This document shows positions 9,240 through 17,519 of a stretch of 64,000 bases of DNA, piece after piece. This DNA comes from Deltaproteobacteria bacterium. GTDB taxonomy: Bacteria > Myxococcota_A > UBA9160 > UBA6930. Below the pieces are notes generated by a model. That model made no database searches, was not told where the DNA came from, and was given only the letters and a program-made list of their open reading frames with translations. The stretch covers positions 155 through 64,154 of the forward strand of contig JAJDAQ010000054.1 of the NCBI GenBank assembly GCA_029261815.1, in the 5' to 3' direction. Numbering within the stretch: the stretch's first letter is position 1; every line of letters starts with the position of its first letter. The translations under genes and the position numbers were made by a program.

Positions 9240-10193
9240 ATGATGCCCGACACCGCTTCCATCCGAGTGGGTGCGCTCGCCGACGAAACCATGCTGTACG
9301 GCGACCACGCCCTTCGCCGCGCGCTGTTCGACCGAGCGGCTGCAGGCGGCCTCGATCACGTCTTTGTCGCCGACCACGTGAGCTTTCACGCCGGCGTTGG
9401 CATGGACGGCCTGACCCAGGCCGCCATCGCCTCCACGCTCGAGCCTCGGCTCCCGGTGTACGTGGGCGTCTACCTCTTGGCTCTGCGCCGCATGGCCCCG
9501 GTGGCGCGACAGATCGAAACCCTCGTCCGCGCGCGGCCGGGCGGGCTCATCCTTGGCGTCGGCGTTGGCGGCGAAGACCGTCACGAGATGGAGGTCTGCG
9601 AGATCGACCCCGGCACCCGCGGCCGCCGCACCAACGAGTGCATCGAAGTCCTTCGCGGGCTCTTGTCCGGCGAGCCGGTGACGTACGCGGGCGAGTTCAT
9701 CCAACTCGAAGAAGCCTGGATCCGACCCGCACCCGATCCTCCGCTCCCGATCATCGTCGGCGGCCGAAGCGAAGCCGCCGTCCGGCGTGCCGCACGCTTC
9801 GGAGACGGTTGGCTCGCAACGTGGTGCAGTCCGAAACGCTTCGCAGAGGTGACGGGCCAGATCGAACACCTTGCGGCAGAGGCTTCGCGCGGGAACGTTC
9901 CGTGGCGGCACGGTCTCCAGGTCTGGTGCGGGGTCGATCCAGACCGGGACCGCGCGCGGAACTTCGTCAAGCAGGGCATGGAACAGCTCTACCGGATCCC
10001 GTTCGAGCGCTTCGAGCGCTACACGCCATATGGGACGGCCGAGGACATCGCCGAGTTCTTGTGGCCCTACGTCGAAGCCGGCTCCAGCGATTTCAACGTC
10101 ACCGCCCAGGCGGCAAGCGCCGAGGCCGCCATCGATGCCACGGCCGAGATCCGGGCGCGGCTTCACGAAAGATCGGCACGCCCGCCGGGTTGA
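9240..10193 (+). CDS. LLM class flavin/F420-dependent oxidoreductase
   Basis: ORF 9240..10193(+). Has DHVFVADH, GVGVGG and IIVGGRSEAAVRRAARFGDGW segments typical of luciferase-like monooxygenases. Confidence 0.85.
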   Translation: MMPDTASIRVGALADETMLYGDHALRRALFDRAAAGGLDHVFVADHVSFHAGVGMDGLTQAAIASTLEPRLPVYVGVYLLALRRMAPVARQIETLVRARPGGLILGVGVGGEDRHEMEVCEIDPGTRGRRTNECIEVLRGLLSGEPVTYAGEFIQLEEAWIRPAPDPPLPIIVGGRSEAAVRRAARFGDGWLATWCSPKRFAEVTGQIEHLAAEASRGNVPWRHGLQVWCGVDPDRDRARNFVKQGMEQLYRIPFERFERYTPYGTAEDIAEFLWPYVEAGSSDFNVTAQAASAEAAIDATAEIRARLHERSARPPG

Positions 10194-10252
10194 GTGCCCT
10201 ATTCTGCCGGTCGGGCTCGCAGCACCAGGCTCGCAGCACTCAGGAGGGCAAG

Positions 10253-11110
10253 ATGGCTTCCCGCAAAGGCGTGGCGTTCGTGACGGGTGCCAGCCGTGGC
10301 ATCGGTCGCGCGACCAGCATCCAACTCGCCGAGGCCGGGTACGACATCGTCGTCGCCGCCCGCACCGTGGCCGGAGGCGAGGTCCAGGACTATTCGCCGT
10401 CGGCCAAGCTCTCGGTGAAACAAGCGATGCCCGGCACGCTCGAAGAAACGGCCGCCCTCATCGAGGAACGCGGTCAACGGGCGGCCATCGTTCGCCTCGA
10501 CCTGCTCGATCGTCAATCGGTGGAAAGCGCCGCCAAGGCGGCAACCGAAGCCTTCGGTGTCGTCGACGTCCTGGTCAACAACGCCGTCTACCAGGGACCC
10601 GGAACGATGGACGCGGTCGCCGACCTGACGCCCGAGATGGTCGAGACGGTATTTCGCGCGAACGTGGTCCATCAGCTCCTGCTGGTTCAGCGGCTGTTGC
10701 CGGCAATGCTCGAACGAGACCGTGGAGTCATCGTCAACGTGGTGTCCGCTGCCGGGATGAGCGACCCCACGCGACCGCCCGATCGCGGCGGCTGGGGCTT
10801 TGCGTACGGTTCGTCGAAGGCCGCACTCATCCGCCTGGCAGGGTCCCTGCGCGCCGAACACGGCAAGACCGCGGTCCGCTTCCACAACATGGAACCCGGA
10901 TTGATCCTGACCGAGAGCATGAAGGCCCAGGGTCTCGATGATGCGCTGGTCGAACAGTTTGGGGGCGCCCCGTCAGTCGTGCCCGCGACCGTCGTCCGCT
11001 GGCTGGTGACCGACCCGGCCGCGGAAGCCTGGGACGCCAAGACGGTTCATGCGCAGGACTTGGCGGAAGAACTGGCACTCGTCCCCGGCTGGCCGCCCGA
11101 AAAACCTTGA
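10253..11110 (+). CDS. SDR family oxidoreductase
   Basis: The 3' part of track ORF 9176..11110(+). The start is ATG 10253, after CAGGAGGG. Has TGASRGIG, NNAV and YGSSK motifs. The 5' extension of the track ORF is Arg/Pro-rich noise. Confidence 0.9.
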   Translation: MASRKGVAFVTGASRGIGRATSIQLAEAGYDIVVAARTVAGGEVQDYSPSAKLSVKQAMPGTLEETAALIEERGQRAAIVRLDLLDRQSVESAAKAATEAFGVVDVLVNNAVYQGPGTMDAVADLTPEMVETVFRANVVHQLLLVQRLLPAMLERDRGVIVNVVSAAGMSDPTRPPDRGGWGFAYGSSKAALIRLAGSLRAEHGKTAVRFHNMEPGLILTESMKAQGLDDALVEQFGGAPSVVPATVVRWLVTDPAAEAWDAKTVHAQDLAEELALVPGWPPEKP

Positions 11111-11124
11111 AGGATCTCGTCGCC

Positions 11125-13077
11125 ATGCCCCATCGATTCGGTGTCGTACTCGTACTCGCACTCACCGTCTCAGCCCTCGCTGCTTTCGCGGCCGGATGCG
11201 GAGAGCCCCAGGCCGCTCCCTCAGTGGGGAAGGAACCCGTCACCGAGGTCTCCGAGGCCGGCAGTTGTGAGAACCATCAACCCGATCGTCAGGTGCTCTG
11301 GGGCGATCTGCACGTCCACACCGGCGTCTCGATGGACGCGTACATGTTCGGCACCCGGCTGCGACCCAAAGACGCGTACGCGTTTGCTCGTGGCGAGACA
11401 GTGCGAACTCGGCCGTTCGACGAGAACGGCGAGCCGACGCGCGCCGTCACGCTAGACCGCCCGCTCGACTTCGCCGCCATCACCGACCATGCCTCGAACT
11501 TCGGGGCCGTCAGCCTTTGCAGCACGCCGGGATCGGCCTCCTACGACTCCGAGTTCTGTGCGACCTACCGGAGTCCCATTCAGCTCGAGGGACGCCCCCT
11601 CGGCGAGATCGTCGCAGACATCCAGAGCCGATCCGGAGCTGGGCTGAGCTCGGTTGAGGTTTGCGGGGAGAACGGCGAGCGCTGTCGCGACGCCGCCATC
11701 GATGTCTGGCAGGAAACCCAGGACGCAGCCGCCGCCTACGACGACGACACCGCATCCTGTCGCTTCACCACATTCGTGGCGTACGAGTACACCGCCACAC
11801 CGAACCTCAGCAAGATCCACCGCAACGTGATCTTCCGGAACGATCAGGTCCCGGTGCTCCCCATTGCGTACGACGACCAACCCAGTGCCATCGGCCTCTG
11901 GCGCGACCTCAAGGAGCAGTGCCTCGACGCCGGCACCGGCTGCGACGTGCTCGCGATCCCGCACAACCCGAATCTCTCCAATGGCCTCATGTTCGCACTC
12001 GACTACGAGGGTGAGACCGACCCCGCGGCGCAGGCCGACATCGCGCGCTTGCGCGCCGCCATGGAGCCCGTCGTCGAGATGAGCCAGATGAAGGGCGACT
12101 CAGAGTGTCGCAACGGCATGTGGAACGTCCTGGGCGACACCGACGAGTTCTGTGACTTCGAGAAGATCCGCAAGCCCGAGAGCCCCGACTGCGAGGACGG
12201 AACCGGCCAGGGCGCGCTCGCCCAGACCGGCTGCGTGTCCCGCAGAGACTTTGTTCGCTATGCGCTGGTCGATGGCCTCCAGGAAGCCGACCGCATCGGC
12301 GTGAACCCGTATCCGTTCGGCTTCATCGCAGCGACCGATGGCCACGATGGGACCCCGGGCGCGGTGGAAGAGGATCGCGTCGATCTCCCGATGTCACCGG
12401 CGAACCCGTCGGTGGGGCGCAACCTGGGCGGACTTGCTGGCGTTTGGGCCGAGGAGAATTCGCGCGAGTCCATCTTCAACGCGATCCGGCGGCGTGAGAC
12501 CTACGGCACGAGTGGCCCGCGCATCAGCGTCCGCTTCTTCGGCGGCTGGGACTACGACGCCGACCTCTGCAATGCCGACGACCTGGTGGGTCAGGGTTAT
12601 GCGGGCGGTGTCGCGATGGGCGGCGAACTCGCAGCACCCGAAGGCGACGACACTGCTGCACCCACGTTCGTGGTTCACGCCATGCGGGACCCCGGTGCTG
12701 GCGATCAACCCGGCACTGCGCTCCAACGCGTCCAGATCATCAAAGGCTGGGCAGACGCCGAGGGTCGCGTCCATCAGTCCGTGGTCGATGTCGCCGGCGG
12801 CCCCAACGACGCATCGGTGGACCTCGCGACGTGTGCGCCGCAGGGCACCGGGCACAACGCCTTGTGTGGCGTTTGGAGCGACCCCGACTTCGACCCGGCC
12901 GATCGCGCCGTCTACTACGCGCGGGTGCTCGAGAACCCCACTTGTCGCCAGACCGGCTGGGCCTGTCTTGCCGGGCCCGGTCGACCCGCGTGGTGTGACT
13001 CCGCGCCTGTCCCGCTGACCCTGCAGGAGCGCGCCTGGACATCGCCCATCTGGTACCGGAGCGGCGCACCCGAGTGA
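11125..13077 (+). CDS. DUF3604 domain lipoprotein
   Basis: ORF 11107..13077(+). The signal/lipobox is LAAFAAGC. Has the PHP-like WGDLHVHTGVSMDA motif and a C-terminal ERAWTSPIWY, as in DUF3604 proteins. The start is ATG 11125 or TTG 11107 (TTGA overlap). Confidence 0.75.
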   Translation: MPHRFGVVLVLALTVSALAAFAAGCGEPQAAPSVGKEPVTEVSEAGSCENHQPDRQVLWGDLHVHTGVSMDAYMFGTRLRPKDAYAFARGETVRTRPFDENGEPTRAVTLDRPLDFAAITDHASNFGAVSLCSTPGSASYDSEFCATYRSPIQLEGRPLGEIVADIQSRSGAGLSSVEVCGENGERCRDAAIDVWQETQDAAAAYDDDTASCRFTTFVAYEYTATPNLSKIHRNVIFRNDQVPVLPIAYDDQPSAIGLWRDLKEQCLDAGTGCDVLAIPHNPNLSNGLMFALDYEGETDPAAQADIARLRAAMEPVVEMSQMKGDSECRNGMWNVLGDTDEFCDFEKIRKPESPDCEDGTGQGALAQTGCVSRRDFVRYALVDGLQEADRIGVNPYPFGFIAATDGHDGTPGAVEEDRVDLPMSPANPSVGRNLGGLAGVWAEENSRESIFNAIRRRETYGTSGPRISVRFFGGWDYDADLCNADDLVGQGYAGGVAMGGELAAPEGDDTAAPTFVVHAMRDPGAGDQPGTALQRVQIIKGWADAEGRVHQSVVDVAGGPNDASVDLATCAPQGTGHNALCGVWSDPDFDPADRAVYYARVLENPTCRQTGWACLAGPGRPAWCDSAPVPLTLQERAWTSPIWYRSGAPE

Positions 13078-13904
13078 ACGACGATGACGCGGGTGAAGGC
13101 CTCGCTCTCAATCGCCGGTGGTGGGAAGAGCGCGCACCGCTCCATGTGAGCGGCGACTTCTACGACATCGACCGCTTCCTCGACGGCACGAACACGCTGC
13201 TGCCCTGGGAAACGGAAGAGCTACCGGACGTTTCTGGGCGCTCGCTCGTGCACCTACAGTGCCACTTCGGCCTCGACACGCTCTCGTGGGCAAGGCTAGG
13301 CGCGCAGGTCACCGGCCTCGACTTCTCAAAGAATGCGACCGCAGCCGCGTGCGATATCGCAGACCGTGCTGGCATCGACGCGCGCTTTGTCGCTGCCGAT
13401 GTCTACGACGCGATCTCCGCACTGGGAGCTACCTACGACATCGTCTACACCGGCCACGGCGCCTTGAACTGGTTGCCCGACCTTGACCGCTGGGCCAGCA
13501 TCGTTTCAGAGCTGCTGAATCCAGGCGGCGAGCTGTACCTCGCCGAGTTCCATCCCGGCATCGACGTGATGAGTCTGACCGAGCTCGAAGTCGACACCGA
13601 TTTCTTCGACCTGGCTGCCGGGCTTCGCTTCGACGACGCGGCCGGAAGCTACGCCACTGCCAAGACCGACACCGCGAACAACTCGGTGATGGAGTGGACG
13701 CACGGCCTCGGGCGCGTTGTCACCGCGCTCGCGAGTACCGAACTCAGGATAGAGCGGCTCGTCGAGCACGATGCGATCGCCTACCCGCGCTTTCCGTTCC
13801 TCGAAAGAGGCGCCGACGGCGCCTATCGCATGCCAGCCGGCAAGCCGCGCATTCCGCTCAGCTACAGCCTCAAGGCTCGAAAGCCCGGCGACAGCGGACG
13901 CTAG
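13074..13904 (+). CDS. class I SAM-dependent methyltransferase
   Basis: ORF 13074..13904(+). The GTG start overlaps the upstream stop (GTGA). Motif I reads LVHLQCHFGLD, followed by an acidic loop VTGLDFS. Confidence 0.8.
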   Translation: MNDDDAGEGLALNRRWWEERAPLHVSGDFYDIDRFLDGTNTLLPWETEELPDVSGRSLVHLQCHFGLDTLSWARLGAQVTGLDFSKNATAAACDIADRAGIDARFVAADVYDAISALGATYDIVYTGHGALNWLPDLDRWASIVSELLNPGGELYLAEFHPGIDVMSLTELEVDTDFFDLAAGLRFDDAAGSYATAKTDTANNSVMEWTHGLGRVVTALASTELRIERLVEHDAIAYPRFPFLERGADGAYRMPAGKPRIPLSYSLKARKPGDSGR

Positions 13905-14326
13905 GCCGCCGCTACGCGCATGCGTTCCATCTCTTCCCACCCGATGTAGTGGGTGAGCCCTTCACGATCGAAGAAGACGAGCGGTCCGTTGCAGATGAAC
14001 AGGTATTCGGTGTCTTCGAGCGCCGCGGTCTTCTCGTGGATCATGCCGTTGGCTTCGTAGAGATAGTCGCCAGCTTCGAGGACCCCATCGCGCACCTGCA
14101 GGCGTCCCTTCAGGATGTAGGTGTGCGCGTCGCTCAGGTGCTTGTGCGCGTCGGCCTCGTAGCCCTTGCCCCAGCGGAAGAGCGCGGCCCAGCTGCCGCT
14201 CTCGGCCCCGGTCCAGAGCACCTTGATCGAGGCGTTCTCGCCGGTCGGGAGCCAGCCTCCGCCGGCCGCAGTGACGAGCGTATCAATGAGCTCCGGGTTC
14301 ACCGGGCCGAGGTCTTGCAGGGCCAT
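13901..14326 (-). CDS. cupin domain protein (ChrR-type cupin)
   Basis: ORF 13901..14326(-), with AAGGAGG upstream. Has a cupin core H.H...H-like segment ADAHKHLSDAHTYILKG...EANGMIH. Confidence 0.7.
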   Translation of the reverse strand: MALQDLGPVNPELIDTLVTAAGGGWLPTGENASIKVLWTGAESGSWAALFRWGKGYEADAHKHLSDAHTYILKGRLQVRDGVLEAGDYLYEANGMIHEKTAALEDTEYLFICNGPLVFFDREGLTHYIGWEEMERMRVAAA

Positions 14327-14383
14327 GGGGCCTCCTTGGGAATCGTTTCCTGAAAAGGTTTGAGAACGAACGAGCGGCCTCGC

Positions 14384-15073
14384 CTAGCGAGCCAAGTAGG
14401 CCTCGATTTCCGCTTCCCATTCGGCCGGCCGGAAAAACATCGGTCCCATGCCGCCCTTGTAGACGACCTCGCCGCCCTTGCCGATGAGGTACAGGCGCTC
14501 GGGCATGGCCGCGTAGTCCTTGGCCACGGCGTCGTCCATCTCGTCGACGAGCGCCGGCATCTCGAGCGCCAGTTTCAGCATGCAGGCCTGGCCTGTCTCG
14601 ACACGCTCGTCCATGGATTGGTGCTGCTGGAAGAGCACGGCGTCCTGCTCGTTCTCCTTGACCTGCCAACCGTCGGTCGGATGGATCTCGCGCAGGTAGA
14701 CGACGTAGAAATCGACCTGATCGTGGTACGCCTGATAGATGCGATTGAGGGTCCCAGCCTGGGCCCTGAAAGGCGGTCAGGTGTAGGAACCAAAGATCAG
14801 CGCCACCGGGCGCTCTGCAAAGCGCTCGGACAGGCACAGGCGCTCACCGTCGCCGCCGCCCTGGCCGGGCAGGAACGGAAGCTCGAAGTCCCGTGCCGGC
14901 TCGCCTTGCTGGACCGAGGTCGCTTCGAGCGGAATCAGCTCAGCCACTGTCTCGGCGGCCTTGGGATGAGACATTGCCGCCTCGAGATCCGCTTTGGAGA
15001 GGCCCTGCATTTCGCCGTCGGAGACCTGATCGAGGATTCCGGCCTTTCGAGCTTCGAAGTCATCGGTCGCCAC
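14384..15073 (-). CDS. iodothyronine deiodinase-like thioredoxin-fold selenoprotein (in-frame TGA = Sec at codon 99)
   Basis: Track ORFs 14777..15124(-) and 14384..14638(-) are in the same frame, separated only by TGA at 14779-14777. Hand translation across the gap gives no other stop: LIFGSYT-U-PPFRAQAGTLNRIYQAYHDQVDFYVVYLREIHPTDGWQV...MPERLYLIGKGGEVVYKGGMGP. This matches deiodinase motifs FGSxT-U-PPF, VYIxEAHPSDGW and PERLYxI...YKG..GP. The GTG start at 15073 lies 7 nt after AAGGAGG. Confidence 0.8.
14748..14767 (-). promoter_or_regulatory. candidate bacterial SECIS hairpin
   Basis: The RNA 9 nt downstream of the UGA reads AGGGCCCAGGCUGGGACCCU. It folds as an AGGG/CCCU lower stem, one bulged A, a CCC/GGG upper stem and an apical loop AGGCU containing GG. 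The apical loop begins about 16 nt after the UGA. Confidence 0.45.
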
Positions 15074-15215
15074 GGCAGAGCCTCCTTGAGCGTGTGCCCT
15101 CAACGCTAGCGCGCCGCACCGCACCCCTCACGCCAGGGCTCCGGATGGTCGATGACGATCCTGCTGGGCCTGCCCGACCCCGCGCGCGTCGGCTCAGGCG
15201 GGAGAACACCACAGC

Positions 15216-15914
15216 GTGTCAAAACAGCAGCCCATCCTCGTCCACGGTGGACGTCCGATCGACAACATCGGGAACAAACTCCTGGTGTTGGGCTTTCGGC
15301 CGCACCGGGTCCGCACGCGAGACGAGGCCTTCGCGAAAGCCGACCAGCTGGGGTCGGAGCTCCGGGTCGCGCTCGTCGACGCGCTGGCACCTCCGGAGGA
15401 TGTCCGGGCGCTCGCCATGCGTGGCCTTGCCGTTGTCGTCGCTGGCGAACGACCAAGCGATGCGACCCTCAAGCAGCTTCGCGAAGCCGGCGCCCAGGTC
15501 GCCCTATGGGAACCCGTGGACGATGCCGCCGTGCAGTTCGTGCTCGGCCAGGCGGGCCTCTCGGACCGCGGCGCCGAGGGCCGACGTCATGGACGCGTCC
15601 CCACCGATCTCAAGGCCCTGGTTCGCGCCAAAGCCGGAAACCGGACGGCATCGGTGCATGAGATGAGCGAGAGCGGCGCGTACCTGGCGACGCTTCGCCC
15701 CCTCATGAAGGGTGCTGTCGTGCCGATCGAACTGCGCTTGCCCGACACCGAGGTCGAAGTCGAGGCCCAGGTCGTCTGGTCGAACGTGATCGGCAACCTG
15801 AGAAAGGACGGCCACCCCACCGGCATGGCCGTCAAATTCCTGGACCTCCCGGGGGACGTCCGCGGCCAACTGCTGCGCTACCTCGGGTCCCAACTGGAGC
15901 GCTTTCAGATCTGA
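15216..15914 (+). CDS. PilZ domain protein (probable c-di-GMP receptor) with N-terminal receiver-like domain
   Basis: ORF 15216..15914(+), with a GTG start after GGGAGAA. Has the RRHGR (RxxxR) motif and a downstream EMSESG ((D/N)xSxxG-like) motif. Confidence 0.7.
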   Translation: MSKQQPILVHGGRPIDNIGNKLLVLGFRPHRVRTRDEAFAKADQLGSELRVALVDALAPPEDVRALAMRGLAVVVAGERPSDATLKQLREAGAQVALWEPVDDAAVQFVLGQAGLSDRGAEGRRHGRVPTDLKALVRAKAGNRTASVHEMSESGAYLATLRPLMKGAVVPIELRLPDTEVEVEAQVVWSNVIGNLRKDGHPTGMAVKFLDLPGDVRGQLLRYLGSQLERFQI

Positions 15915-15982
15915 AGCAGCGTGGGGTTCCTAGTTGTGGCATTGTAACTGTCGTTACAATCTCCAACGCGGGAGGACCCGTC

Positions 15983-16888
15983 ATGCGGATCTTCGTTTGG
16001 ATCGTTTCGATCGTCCTGGTTGTGGCCGTTCTGGCCGTTGCCCTGCAGCACTTCCGGTACCTGCGGACGCGACGAAATGTCGTGGCCGACCGGCAGGCCG
16101 TGTTTCACTCCAACGCGGCATTCCACGTCGTCACCGTCGTCGCACTCGACTCCGATCAGGAACTGCTCTCGGCCACCCGGTCGTTCGTCTCCGCCAGCGA
16201 AGCCGCGGGCGGCAAGGCGATCTACGCGGGCAAGATGGCCGCGAACGCCCTCGTCTCGAACCAGATCCCGAAACACGACTGGGACGCGTTCGTGTTGGTG
16301 GAGTATCCCTCGCGCCAGGCATACGACGTCGCGGCACAGGACGCGGCGCTCGTCGCTGCCCGTGCGTCGTTCGCCAGCAGCTACGCCCTCGGTATGAAGC
16401 GCTCCCGCAACGCAAACCTGGCCATCCCGATCGTTTTGCTAGGCATCCGTGTCCGCGACATCCTGACCGGAACTCCTTCTCGCTACCCCTTCACGCCTGG
16501 AGAGATACCGGCTCACCTTCGCCCAGACCCGGACCCGCGAAAGCCCCTGGTCGACGGCCTCCTCGCGAACCGCGAATTCGGCGGCGAGGCCGTCGTCGTG
16601 CTCAACTTCATCAAGAACGGTTCCAAGGAAGAGAAGCAGGCCAATGCCGGCTACGGCGCTGCGATGTTCAGCCTGATGGCCGAGATGGGAAACGGACCCA
16701 TGCACATGGGCCGCGCCGTCACCCTCGAGGGTGACGCCCACTTCGACAACGTCATCATCGTCTACTACCCCGGCGTCCAGTACTTCGCCGACATGGTCCG
16801 CAGCGAGTTCTTCGGCGGGATCGTGGGCGGGAAGCAGCTGGGGGACTCGCTCTCGTCGCCAAGCGTGCCGTTGTTGCCGCATCTGTAA
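15983..16888 (+). CDS. membrane-anchored protein with two DUF1330-like domains
   Basis: ORF 15983..16888(+), with GGGAGGA upstream. Has an N-terminal TM helix IFVWIVSIVLVVAVLAVAL. Two modules follow, with VLVEYPSRQAYD and IIVYYPGVQYFADM, resembling the DUF1330 core. Confidence 0.55.
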   Translation: MRIFVWIVSIVLVVAVLAVALQHFRYLRTRRNVVADRQAVFHSNAAFHVVTVVALDSDQELLSATRSFVSASEAAGGKAIYAGKMAANALVSNQIPKHDWDAFVLVEYPSRQAYDVAAQDAALVAARASFASSYALGMKRSRNANLAIPIVLLGIRVRDILTGTPSRYPFTPGEIPAHLRPDPDPRKPLVDGLLANREFGGEAVVVLNFIKNGSKEEKQANAGYGAAMFSLMAEMGNGPMHMGRAVTLEGDAHFDNVIIVYYPGVQYFADMVRSEFFGGIVGGKQLGDSLSSPSVPLLPHL

Positions 16889-17044
16889 GGCGCGATTCAA
16901 TCGACTCCGGGTCGATACGAGCCAACCCCCGGCCGAGCGAACGGGAAGTCGTGGCTTCTGTTCGGTTGACGCCCGGTTCGCCTGGGGCATCCATCACGAG
17001 CTAGCATGCGTTTGGCGCTGTCGCCGAAGCCAGGAAAGAAAGAC

Positions 17045-17392
17045 ATGCGACGACCGCAAGGCCAGAATCGCCTCCGACAAGTTCTCTTCATGGGTTTCCA
17101 GATCCTGATCGCGACTGCACTGTCCGCATCTGTGGCGGTCAGTTCCCAAGCACAAGACGAGGAGGCCGAGGAGCCGGTCTTCTTTGAGTGTTCGCTGGAA
17201 ACCGGTGACTGCACGTGCGAGATCAACTCGGTGGTCGGCGTCGGCGGCTGCGCGCAGCTCCAAGGCACGCAGTGCTGGGAGGAGCTGATCATGTGCGACT
17301 TCACGAAGCTCCCGACGACGTGCACGTGCACCCTCAAGGGAGAAGATGGCGAACCCTTCGAGCCGGACATGGAAGATCTAGACGACGAATAG
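17045..17392 (+). CDS. small secreted cysteine-rich acidic protein
   Basis: ORF 17006..17392(+). The signal peptide is FMGFQILIATALSASVAVSSQA. The mature part has 8 Cys and an acidic tail PDMEDLDDE. Start candidates are 17045 and 17090. Confidence 0.5.
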   Translation: MRRPQGQNRLRQVLFMGFQILIATALSASVAVSSQAQDEEAEEPVFFECSLETGDCTCEINSVVGVGGCAQLQGTQCWEELIMCDFTKLPTTCTCTLKGEDGEPFEPDMEDLDDE

Positions 17393-17519
17393 CCGCCCCG
17401 ATCGGCGCATCATGGTGTCGACTTCGAGCGGGTCTTTGACGGCAGCTGAATCGCCCGGACCGAGGGCGGAGTTCGTTCTTGGCGGCTGACAGACTGAGCC
17501 ACCCGCATGTGGGAAAGGC

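Noticed and set aside
9176-10252. The 5' extension of the SDR gene, as given by track ORF 9176..11110 (644 aa).
   Set aside because: The extension overlaps the well-supported LLM gene in another frame and is Arg/Pro-rich. A strong RBS and ATG at 10253 give a normal-length SDR starting just before TGASRGIG.
14777-14779. In-frame TGA interpreted as a disabling nonsense mutation, making the gene a pseudogene.
   Set aside because: The TGA sits exactly at the Sec position of the deiodinase active-site motif. Conservation continues downstream with no further stops or frameshifts. A suitably placed hairpin follows. The pseudogene reading remains possible if the genome lacks sel genes.
17452-17480. 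Hairpin CGCCC-N7-GGGCG followed by GAGTTCGTTCTT between the convergent genes, considered as an intrinsic terminator.
   Set aside because: The stem is only 5 bp and the T-tract is interrupted. That is too weak to call from sequence alone.
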